From positions 956,164 to 1,020,163 of the forward strand of contig JALDTO010000098.1 in NCBI GenBank assembly GCA_023515725.1: 64,000 bases of DNA, given 5' to 3'. Source of the DNA: Amoeboaphelidium protococcarum X5 (taxonomy: Eukaryota; Fungi; Aphelidiomycota). Below the pieces are notes generated by a model. The model was given only the letters and a program-made list of their open reading frames with translations. It was not told the DNA's origin and searched no databases. The position numbers and the translations under genes were made by a program. The stretch's first letter is position 1. Each line of letters opens with the position of its first letter. Below are positions 11,461 through 23,137 of this stretch, in pieces.

Positions 11461-14400
11461 CCGTGGAAAGGGGTACCTTACTACTCTTAAGCCAAATGTC
11501 GCTACAAAATTGTCGCTAACACGATCAAACGAATGTCGCTGACAATGTTGTTGACAATGTCGCTACATAAACTGCGCGTGCGACCAACACTGTTTCAGAA
11601 ATATCAGCTTCAGTATCAGATATACAGTTGCCTATATCTGACTCTGATATCAGCATTCAAAATAAAAAGTGCCGTGAGAAGCCTAAAAGAAAGTCGTAGT
11701 CAAAATATAGTATGATTTAATTTCCAATCTCAATACTTATTTCATTACTTTTGTAGAGCGAACTTCACTGTTAAGAGAGATTTTGAGAATGAACACTACC
11801 AATGGAATGTCCATCAGCAATTATGTCCCTCCTCCTGGTGCAAGGAAGATCAAGAGGCAGAGAGAAGACGCAGAAAATGCACCGATCCATCCTGGTAAGA
11901 CTTGGAAGTGCCCGATATGTAAAAATCTTCATTTCCCATCTAATAAGAAGCCGCACACTAAATTTTGTTTGGAATAGTTAAAGAAGAACAACAGTATCGC
12001 AGGTTCCGCGAATACTTTGTCAAGTTGGCTGACTGGAGCATCCTTACAATCAGTGGACTCTTTCGCTAATGTACCAGTTCATCAATCCGCGTCTGATCAG
12101 ACGCCTGAAACAAATGATATTAATGCTCATCATGATACTACCTCCTCAGTCGAAAATGATGATCAAGTTAATGCCACGTTAGTGATTGAGTAGAAAGATT
12201 AGAATTGGAGAAGTCATCCCTCCACCGCATTTATAGTCAAGTACACTGATGAGATTGACTACGCCATTAAAGGAACAGGTTCGCGCGGCTATCAATGCAA
12301 TGCAACGTCGTCAAGGTGTCATGGTGTCTGCGATTGCAAGCCGCTGAATCCTCTGTCCTGGCGTGATATCTGGATTTATCCGCCTAATCCTTTATTAGTC
12401 TCAGATTATATGGAGAGCTAGGATTTTGTGAAGGAGAAAGTTATATTCTGGACGCCAGAAGTGTTTTTCCATCATCTTGGTGTTCGCCACATGCCTTGTC
12501 CAGTTCATGGCGTTGTGGATGGTCACGTTAAGGTAGCAGGCTGGTCAGCAGTAGGGCCTCGAAAAGTAATAGGCATTGGTCAGTCGTATTACATCATGTT
12601 CAAGAGGTACAAATGCAATCTGTGTCACTGTGGTACTGGTGGCAGGACTGGTAAGGAGTTTCGTGGAATAGATCCAGATACTTTGCAGCATCTTCCTCCT
12701 CATGTTTAGCAATAGTTGCCGTGTACGGTGATTGACAACACGATCCTGGACAACTAATTGATTTAATTAATGGATAGGATGATCATGCGAGGAGTCTCTT
12801 TTAATGAGTTTGTAAAGATGTTGGATGAGCTGTTCAACAACTAGCATTAATCAAGACATCTTGCCTATCTGTCCGCATCAACATTTGTTAGAAGGAACCC
12901 ATAGAAGACTTTAATGTTTTAAGCTTTGCCTGCACTGATTGACCCATTTCCAGAATTCAGCGACAAAGATTAGTATAACGTATCCATTCCATCCACTACT
13001 GTTTTAAAGAAATTCTATTATAAGAGCCAAATGGATGTGTATGATCTGAAGAACGCCGCTGTCGCGCAAGTTACTGGCAAAGTTTTGAGCGGTGATCACA
13101 CTTTCAAAGCAGCCAAGGTGCCTGTGTCTAAGTCTCAGTAGATATTTGAGGGATTATACTCCTTGGTGAATGAGTATGGCCAAGTAGCTGGATTCTGGCT
13201 TGTGCCAAACAAAAGTCTGAAAGAGTTGACTGGTGAATTTGAAGTCTTGAAGCAGCGCTATGCGGCCAAAGATGAAGAGGGTCCTCAGGCTTTCTTCACA
13301 GATCTCTGCTGCACTGAAAGAGCATTTCTCTCTGATATGTTTGAATCTCTGTCAGCTACTGGATAAGGATAGCGAGTACTCTTGGATATATTTCATTTCA
13401 TGGAGCGGTATCCTGTTAAGAAGAAACATCCTCTATACTCTCTCTTTGCCTCCAACCTCCGCGACGCGATATTCATCTGTTCTGAAGAAGACATGCAAGA
13501 TGTGAAGTCAGTATTACAGCAGCGTGGAGTATCAGATAAGTAAATGGATCAGATCAAGAGAAGCTATCTATTGCGTAATGGTAAAGTGAGAAGATTTGTT
13601 CCACCTGCGGATATTTTGTCGAATAGAATTGATCAGGTGGTCTAAATGTTCAGAGCGGTTAACAGTGAGTTCATTGATGATCAAGTAATGAAACATCACG
13701 AGCGTAATCTGAAGCACGCCAAAGATGGCTGTTTATCAGATCCTCCTGGTGTTGACATGTACTTGCAATTAAAGCCTGGAGATGATGGATCTTTTAAGTA
13801 GTTCAAGTGTTTTAGAGGTACCAGCCAATAAGAAGGATATCACATGATGTTGTACAATGCGTTTTAAGCAAAGTCTATCTCTCCTGAGCTATATAATGTT
13901 ATGCTCATGGACTTTGTCTACAGAAGAAATCAAGATGCGGCACTGACCTGTGGGCTGACTCCGGATTTTCATATTTACAACCCACTAGTGCTGAGCTAAA
14001 TTAAGCAGTTGTATGTCGACAATGCGAAATACTTCAAGTGTCCTGTTTTTGAGAATCTGACCATTCCACAGGTATCTGAATTCTCAAAATCTGTTAAATT
14101 TGGCTGTAGTAAGTATTTGGGCAAATCTCTTGATCTAAAGAACATTTCTGACTAGTAGCTGATGATGGAATGCGAAGGTGGCTTTGATGAAGAACTGATT
14201 GATGCACTGGCCGATCCAGTTGAAGTTGATTTGACTGTTATTGATATGGATTAGAGTGATATATCTACTGAGCCCATCAAGCTGAACTCTGATGATATGA
14301 TCTCTAAGTTTGCATTCAATGTCATATCACGTCCCGTCTCCTCCCAAAAAGAGCTCATCTTATTCATGTCACTGTTTGAACAATATTGCACCAAGAAAAA

Positions 14401-15516
14401 CGGTGATGATAAGTAAGTAGATTATGAGTAAATGGCTGATCGATGGAATTTTCTGGTTTATAACAAGATTGCCGCCTGCTCAAATTAGTCTGAAGTTGAT
14501 GATTTGTTATCAGAATACTCTTTTAAAGCACCAAGCCATTTGAAGAGTTTTGAAGATATTGTGGAACGTAAGTTGGCATGCAAATACGCGATTGATCCAT
14601 TTAAGGCCCAGTTCAGACAGCTATAAAATCATTTGACTGACCCAACAGCATTGCATATTCCGTTCGAAATTCCGTAGTTGCATTAGGTGTCTACTGAGTA
14701 AACTGTCTAAGTAGTTGAACATGTATCTGTAGAAACACAGACTTCATTGAACAATTTGAGCTGCATCTGTCCTGCTACTCAGTCTGTTTAGAGTGTCAAT
14801 GATTTGCTTGCTACTGCAGATTAGGATATTTAGAGATTAGTTGATAGTATAGACGATGCTTACTTCACCAATCTGGATATGGGCACTTTGTTCAATCCAG
14901 TTTTGGGTCTGCCTGATGGTGATGATATTCCTAGAGTTGACAATTTTGGAGAGAATGTAGACATCAACGAACAGCCGACCTTTAACTAATTAACTTATCA
15001 TACCGTCGATATCATTTAAGCTGATACTGGGCCTGTCACAATGACTGAGGCTGTCAATTTGACTGAACTGCTGCGTTAGAGATTCGGCGACGACGTGTTG
15101 ACACCTGAAAACGGATTTGTCAATGAAGAAGAGTTGGACAGTAATTTGAGAAGCGAATCAGTGAAACAAGTCTGCAAAATCTGCTGGAAGCCAAGATTGA
15201 TGGCTGATTCCAATTAATGTACTGAAGGCCATTCTTCCAAAAGATGCGATGCATCAAGTTAGTTAGACGATTCTTTGTTGTAAATGCGTACAAGTCTCTA
15301 TAAAAAGTTCAGAAAGCGTGTAGAAAGAGAGAGAAAGTTGAAATAGACGTGATTTTATGAACTGATTGAGTAATTGAGTGGATATGATCGCAGATCTTCG
15401 GTTTCTTCTTACTCATCCCTTGAAATCCGTATAAAATATCGCAACCGACCTGCGGTCGGCAGCGATATAATTTTTTCCCGACTAGGCGTATAACCATATA
15501 ATTTGCCGTGGAAAGG
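11461..15516 (+). mobile_element. Putative DNA transposon (Dada/DUF6729-type); boundaries tentative
   Basis: Transposase ORF flanked by the 11-bp direct repeat CCGTGGAAAGG (11461-11471, 15506-15516), terminal hairpins and repeated AT(G/A)TCGC motifs. No long terminal inverted repeats seen. Confidence 0.55.
11496..15352 (+). CDS. DDE/DxxH transposase, DUF6729/Dada-like, ~1270 aa; intron 11710-11756 (alternative start ATG11789)
   Basis: Frame open 11757-15352 in table 6 in all segments checked. WIYPPNP, FWTPE, CPVH..GW..GPRKV..RYKC, VLSGDHTFK (D, 13094), VNEYGQV, FTDLCC (D), LDIFHFMER (DxxH), GCLSDPPG, RGTSQQEGYH (E, 13832), VDYEQMADRWN. N-terminal CPIC..H..C and C-terminal CKIC..H..C zinc-binding motifs. 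Confidence 0.8.
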
Positions 15517-15566
15517 TTAATTTGTGGAATTGGAATAAATAAAATTTGGTACGTATTTATCAAATG

Positions 15567-18101
15567 TCAATGATCATCTCCCAGGATCTTGATAAAGTCT
15601 TCAAGCATATCTGTGTCAGGTTCGCGACTCAGAAACAGGTCCAGGATCTTGATATTCGTCATTTCTCTCAGCTAATCTTCTTCAGATAGCAATGGATCAA
15701 TTGGATCTCCTTGCATAATCTTTGAGTTGATTGTCAAAGCTACATACAAATTATACAACGCAGATTATTTGAATTAATTATTGCAGTCGCTCAATTATAG
15801 ACATTACCTCTTTCAATTATCGCGGTTGGAATTCCAGTCTCGTACGCGCAATGGATACCAAAACTACCATCACTGCAACCACTGGCCAACTTGAACAGCT
15901 TTTTAACACGACCACACGCTAAGGCTTTCATTCTTGATAGGGAATACGTGCCTTGATGGTCATCATCTTACTCCAATACTACTTGCATTTATCCAAAGCA
16001 TAGGCGGTGAGAAATTGATGATATGAAACTATCCTTCAACGCGAAATGTAGATGAGTGGCACACAGAATATAGGGAGGCTGTGATGCTTAGCTCCCTAGT
16101 AACTGATGCAAAATACCAACCTACAATCCAGTGCCATCCGCTACATCCGTACCTTTGCCAAATTCGTCAATAACAAACAAGCTCTTGCTATCGGATAGTT
16201 TCAACATCAGCTTTATCTGATCCAGGTCGATTTTGAAAGCTGATTTCTGGTTGGAAGCACTTTCGACAGTCTTCAAACGTGTTATTAACTTGTTCATCAA
16301 TGGTAAATGAGCATTGCTAGCGGGGACAAAGCAACCAATTTAAGCAAAGTACTGGATCAATGCAACTTACTTCAAGTATACAGATTTACCACTGCCATTC
16401 GGTCCAGTCAATATCAAGCCACGTACATTAGATTAAAACTGCAAATCGTTCGCAACAAAGTTGTTACAAGCAACTTCGTGTAAAATATGACGTCCTTCAT
16501 GGATTTAATAATCTTTAGCTCCGATATTTGGACGCGTACATTAGTGGCGTATGGACAGCATGGCGTAAGATTGCAAAACATCCAACTTGGCAATCTCCGA
16601 CTCCACACTTTCTAAGAAGTTGCACCCTTCTACAACTCTCAATTGCACCTCTTGCAGAATGTCAAGTTCTCTGTCCAGGATCAAATCTTCAACATCTCCA
16701 AACTCATCGTCCAACGCCTGCAAGTCAGAATCTTTAAAGTAATAGTACGTTTCATCACTAAACTAAAACTCCATCAGATGCCCGAATGCATTAGAATGAT
16801 CTGCCACAGTTATCAGAAAATATCCCAATTAAGCGACATATTTTATCTGCGCAAACGACTGATGCACATTTGCCGCACTGCACTTTTCGTATAGAATCTA
16901 CGTTAGAGTATCTCCTAACACGACCATTCTTCTTTTATACGCATCAAGTTGCTAGTCTTAACCGGCTTTAATCGAAGCATATCCAGTGGATTCAAAGTCA
17001 ATGACGCAGTTGATCAACTAGCTGACGTCTTCCAACGCATTAATATCAATCAATCGGACCAAAGATGCAAGCAAAAGATGAGACTGAACGTCAAAGCTAT
17101 TGCGTACTAATATTGATAAGCGGCCGAGTTGATTGCATGTCTACAAAAGTATTTAATTTAAATAACGCGCGTATATAATGCTTTTACCTTTAAAACAGAC
17201 TCCCAACAATTGACACTACGCCAAACACAAGTTGACTGTAGAAGAGACTTTAATGATTTGACGCCTTGAAGAATTTCTCGCAAATCATTGAGACAATTCT
17301 CATCGCTTACCAATACCTCGACCAAGTCATATCTCGTATTCAAATCAAACTTGGAGCAGGATGGTACATGCATCCATGCTTTAAGCTAATTGTATCCTGC
17401 CTTTGTACATAGTATAGAACTCAAAAAAGCTACAGAAATCTAACTAAGGTTAAATACGCTATATAATTCAAGGGTAGACTTACAATAAATGCCATCATGA
17501 ATGTCTAAGGCGTCTTAAGAATCCTTGTCAACCCACAGGTAGCTATCAAGTGTAAAGTACTCACTTCTAGCAATGTGAAACTCATTCGTTAACTCAGCCA
17601 TACACACCATCTACAATCAGCTCAGTTGCATGAAAATTGATGGCCGAAACGGGGCGATCGTTCTTACAGTAAGAGAACTTGAAACAGATCCCGTGAAATC
17701 GCGTCTGATCAGCTCTACACTTAAAAATTACACGTCTGAAACATTATCACTACATGAAACATACCAACTTCACCATCATCTTCCAGTTTCAGTCTTTCTT
17801 CACTGTCATTATACAATATAATTCTCATTGGATTCAATTGAGAGCAAACTACAACCATTTTACATGACACCACAATCCAAAAATGTTAAGACGTACCAAC
17901 ATTCAACAGGTCGTCAGGAGTGCTATTAAAGTCACCAGGCAGATGATAAACCACATTGTCTACATTAGACACGTAATTTTGAATTCTCGTGTACAGTATG
18001 TTAACAATATTACCTTTAACATGAGCACACCCAAAACTCCCGTGTTTATTGAGCATTATTGCAACAACTGAATCTGTACGTCTGTCTGCTAGATGCTACA
18101 T
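15567..18101 (-). CDS. MSH5: MutS homolog 5 (meiotic crossover factor), multi-exon
   Basis: [64 protein letters not shown]. N-terminal exons rebuilt by hand (GCAHVKD, QLNP, FTLDSYLWVD) across several short GT-AG introns. Confidence 0.88.
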
Positions 18102-18366
18102 GACTTCTATTACGTGTTAGACTAATCGTGTTCAATGTGAAACAGCAAAAGAGAACGCACTATTGAGTGAAACTGAAAGTGAAACGCTGTGAAGATCGCG
18201 CTCTCATGGTTTCAACGCCGTGCTTGATCATACTCCATCAATCTTCTTCTCGTGGCGATGCTTTCTCTCGTTCTTTCATTCAATCGCCTTTTCGTCCAAT
18301 CGTGTTACACAGTAATAGTCTTCTCTATATAGTGCCCATTAATTAACAAAAAAGTGGTATACAGTT

Positions 18367-21300
18367 ATGAGTATTCTGGAAAGGGACCTCACTCACTTGA
18401 AATGGTCTATTAGTAAGAATCCAAGGTGGAAGAATTTATCTGTGGCCAGTATCGTTACATAGTAGTAGGTTGCAAGTTCGGAATCTGATGCATTGAAAGC
18501 CTTCATGAGAGTAATAACTGCCAGTGATGTGAATGGACAGTTGACTCTTCTGGCATTGTAGTCTATTGACAGATTTATATAAAGTTAGCACTTTAATAAT
18601 AATTGTATGCCGCTTCTTGGTTCCATTTTGGCTAGTGTCGTTTAATGCAAATTCGAAGCGTCCGACTCTAATGTTGATGAATGCGTTCTCTTGGCCATAA
18701 TGCAAGTCTTGTTGCATGGGATTGAAGTATTTGTGTCCAGTTCAAGTAGCGAAATGTTATTTCCCAATGGCATTTCTTCTGCTGTTGCTGTTGTGGGAGA
18801 TGCTCTGGTTTGTGCCATAATGGAAACCATCTTTTCGATTTTGTACTAAACTCGTCTCTCTGATGTTCTCCGTAAATCTGCGGAACTCAACGTTATTCAG
18901 ATTTTTAAACTTTTGGTCAGATATTTAGAATCTCAGGACGTTGCTGTTAATGAGCAGGATGCTATTGGATAGAATGACGCTCAAGTTAATCCCGAGTTAA
19001 GATCTCGCTTGTCTAGGGAAGATTTCGTTCATATTAGTAACTAGACGGAGGAGTAGCACGCGGTAGCTAATGAGCAGAATGCCAGAGATAACGCTAGTTC
19101 TAGTAGTGCGACTGAAGATGCTTAGGCTGATCTTTCACAGCAGTCTCAGCCTTTGGCAAGAGGTTCTATACCTGATTTAGCTGCTCATATTGAGGGGCTT
19201 TCTGCTCCGAATGATCAGGCGTAATTATAGGAGACCGCATTGCTTAGCTCCGCCAGCGCACGATTCCGGGAGTCTAATAACTTTTCGGTGCATTCAGTCC
19301 AGGAGATTTTTAGATTCTTGGTGTCCATGATGGAGTCGTCTTAGAGCGACAACGCCAAGACGATATCTCTTTCAGTGCTCTGTCGTATCGTTGAAGATGG
19401 TGCTGATGTAATTGAGAGAGATCTCATATTGATGAATTTATTTCGCTAGGATTTGTTCAAGAATCTGCTCTTGCTAGTGCGATCATCTTTAATAAACATC
19501 AATGTGTCTATGCTAGGCCTGACGTTGAAATGTGTCTGTACATTGAGAATATTTACATTTCTGGACGCGTATCACAACTTTACGGTTCACATGTTGATAT
19601 CATTCCTGTAGGATACTCTGCCAATGTCTATTGTTTAGAACAAGTAAAAGTAGGTGCGATAATTGTTATCCAAGTACAACTGTATTGTATCAAGTCAATA
19701 AGTTGATGGAAATCTTGGCTTAGATCAACTGCTTGAAGACTTGCCTAACATGTTTGCATTTACCTACAAGATGTTTGCGTATAATCCGAATATCACTGAT
19801 CCAAGAGATATGATATTGGATGCCCTGGCGCAATTGTTACAGGGTAACTTCTGTCATTAACTATTCGCTCAGTGTGATTGTGTGGTCACTGGTCAGTATG
19901 TGTATTAAGCATTGATTACAACTCTGTGTCAATTGACTATTATGCCTTATTTGATTCAGGAGATTCAAATCGGCAGCTTTGATTCCTATATGAGATTAAC
20001 AAAGAATGATCGGGATAGATATGAGCGCGCAGGAGAGGTTATCCCAGCTAGTATGTACAGAAGTGTGAGTATTAAGGCTTTTGATCTATTGTAGCAGTTA
20101 CTTTAGTAAGAGATTTAAAGATTTTCTTCGATAGATGTCGCGTCTATCCGGATGTTATAGTTGCAAGATCACACGCAGGTGCTGGAATTGCTCAATATGA
20201 AGAAGGAGAAAATGAAGATGATTGAAGCTGCGAACAATTTTAATTAGAATCCCTCACAAGGTCTTGAACTCATGATGAAGATTGGACTTTTGTCAGATCT
20301 GAGCCCGCAATCTGTTGCTAAAATCTGCCACGTGCTGCCATTGAATAAGAAAGTACTTGGCGAGTTTTTGTCCAAGCCCAAGAATTTTGATGTCCTCAAG
20401 GAATTCATGAACAACTTTGACTGGTCCAATATTGCCACACCAAAGCCGCGAATGGATTAAGCACTTAGATCTGTTCTGTAAAAGTTCAGATTGCCTGGTG
20501 AAGCTTAATAGATTTAACGTGTGGTGGAGGCATTCAGTGATGGATACTTTGAGCAGTGCTTGAATTAAGATGCTTAGTTGTATTATGAACAGCATGGCTC
20601 TGAGGAGAATTATAAAAGTCAGGAAGCTTTACCGTTAGATCCGGATGCTGTATTTGTGTTGGCCTATGCCATTATTATGCTGAATACTGACCAGCACAAT
20701 CCGCAGGTGCGCAAGAGAATGACGGCTGAAGATTTTAGAAAGAATTTGAGATAGACTAATAGCAAAGGCCGTAATTTCCTCACTTCATACCTTGATGCGA
20801 TTTATGAGTCTATTAAGGAAAATGAGATCTTGATGCCTGAAGAACACGAAGGAGACGTTGGATTCGAGCACTTGGTGAATGAAATTGCAACCTACCGCTC
20901 CTCAGCCTCTACTCGGTATCCTCTGAGCCCTTAAGATAGTATCATACTTGACAAGGTGCTCTTTGATTAGTATTGGTAGATTCTGTCCACCACTGTCTTG
21001 TATTATTATCATTCTAGCGATACTCAGGCGAATTTACATCAGTCCATTAAAGTGTACAATTAGTTATGCTAGTTGTCGTTCACCTATGGTAATGTTCTAT
21101 GTACTGATGGCCTTTTGATAAGTATGTTCCAGTCTAGTAATCTTCTTCTGTCTTCAATGCTTTCATAGTAGAATGTTGAAGTTGCACTTGATAGTATCAC
21201 ATTTGCGGAACTGTATAAAGACATTGGAGAGTATAAAGTGTTTAGAAAGAAAAGAAATCGTCTACTGTTGAATCTAAAGAATGACGTTCATGCCCAAGTC

Positions 21301-22545
21301 TCGTGTCTCATATCATTCCGTAATTTGTCAGAGTACAAGCTTGGTGTGAATAGTGCCTGGATCTATGTATTGGATATTTTGAGCCATTTCTATCTTTTAG
21401 ACATTATTATGCCGAAAAATCTATTAACTTGCATAAATATTCAAGATTTATAGAGAATCGAATGTCAATCTACTCACATTATTGGCAAGAAGACTATCGG
21501 CCCCTAGCTGGCTTCAAGCAAGAAAGTCTCTGGTGAAAGCAATAGCAGTGGATCTGGATTCCTCAGTGCTCTGTAGACTTTTCTGTTATCCAGTGCAGAT
21601 TCTTCCGGTTCAAATGGTGTGAATGGTGATGAAGAATATCAGCATCCTCCTCTGACTGCCGAGGAGAAAGAAGCGGAAGCTGTCTGTCTTGAAATTGTTA
21701 ATGAGTGTAAAATTGCATAGTTGTTTGACTCTGGTATTGATGACTGTTTGGAAAACTTTGTACATGCAGCTCTTGCCATCATAACTCCTCCAAGTGCTAA
21801 TGAAATGTCTTTGCCATAGCAGGATCTTGCCTAGTTTCTTTTGCTATTGCTTCTTAAAGTGCTTTAGAGTAATGTCAGTTTTATAAAAACTGCTTGGGTT
21901 AATTATGGCGTTGGTGAAAGTGTGGCCAATATCTTAAGAATTAGGAATTTGAGTTCATAGTTGTTCTTATTTATTGTGAATTTTATTGTTACGCTTAGTG
22001 TAAAATTAAAGGATGACACTGAGTTGTGTGCAGAGATGGTCTAGTAACTGTTGACAAGTTATCTTTAACGTATGAACGTTGATCGCGATCATGTTGATCT
22101 GAATGAGAAACAGCTCTAAGTGGATGCGTTATAGTCTGTTTGGTATTTGTTCGAATAGTTGCAGTCTTAGGATAGATTAGAGACTTGTCTCCGGCCATGT
22201 ATAGATAAGTGTAGAGATTTAATAAAAGAGGTATCTGTGCTCTAGGTATAAGCGTCCGCTGATTCCGATCAGCTACCTCCTCAATCTAGTTCTCCTGCTG
22301 CCATAGGATGGGAAATTATGTAAGTCATACTGAAAGCACTGAAATTACATCCACTATCGGCTAAACAAGAATCTGTAAAAGTATCGAGCATTGAATTCAT
22401 GGCAATTACTGAAATGCTGGGATTCTTTGTCACAGCTCCTCAGAGATTGCAGAATGAGTCCAGTGCCGCCACCACAGTCACCGCGGGTTCTATCTCCAGT
22501 AAGCTGCACCAGGCAGAGTCCCGTAAGAAATTATAGACTAAATGA
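18367..22545 (+). CDS. Large Sec7-domain ARF guanine-nucleotide exchange factor (GBF1/Gea type), 1392 aa
   Basis: Table-6 ORF. FRLPGEAQQIQRVVEAFS (glutamic finger), FVLAYAIIMLNTDQHNPQVRKRMT, IYESIKENEILMPEEHEG, LNKKVLGEFLSKPKN. N-terminal KNPRW and PFMRVI. Confidence 0.9.
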
Positions 22546-22759
22546 TCTTGGTATAGTTGAAAATACAATCAGGCAATACTGCAGTTATATTTTCTCTTTG
22601 CCTTCTTCTAATACTGCTTGCCGTGATGACGTCGGCTCTGTTCTCTCAATGGCTCAGCTTTTCTTCATTTTTCTGACTTCAACAATTTTCAATTGCCTTA
22701 ATAGATACTATCATCGAAAGTAATCAGAAATATATAAATTTTCTTGATAAATCTTTATA

Positions 22760-22981
22760 ATGTCAAACGCGATTCCCGAATAAAAGTAGAATAAAGTCAC
22801 CAAGGCTGGTACTAAGAGTAGTGTTGAGTCGACATAGACATCTGTAGTTACGCGTGTCCAAAATCAAATCGGTTCACTGTTCAAAGGCGAGAATCTTGTC
22901 CTCTACTGGCCAGCAGCTCTATTTGGCGTATCCGTCTACATCTTTCGCTCTTATGGGTGGGTACTCAGAACAATGAATTGA
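22760..22981 (+). CDS. Small single-TM protein, possibly Tom6-like; 3' end may be spliced
   Basis: MSNAIPEQKQNKVTKAGTKSSVESTQTSVVTRVQNQIGSLFKGENLVLYWPAALFGVSVYIFRSYG... Good ATG context (TATAATG). Missing from the ORF track because of TAA/TAG. Confidence 0.5.
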
Positions 22982-23137
22982 ATTAGTTAATATATAGTCT
23001 TGGCTTGTTTTTATTTACATTCTCTTTTTCTATTCAGTTATACAACTAGCTGAATTAGAAGACCCTAATCTACAACCGATTTCTCTCTTCACTGTTCTCA
23101 CGCAGGTAATTTTAACTCCACTGCCTGCAACGTTGAC

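Noticed and set aside
11458-11474. Minus-strand ACCCC-TTTCCAC-GGGGT resembles a tRNA-Gly(TCC) anticodon arm
   Set aside because: No D-arm, T-loop (TTCGA) or acceptor stem on either side, so it is not called a tRNA.
11400-15530. Calling the transposon target a canonical U1 or U5 snRNA
   Set aside because: Diagnostic U1 5' ATACTTACCTG and U5 loop GCCTTTTAC are missing. Only short similarities remain, kept as a hypothesis.
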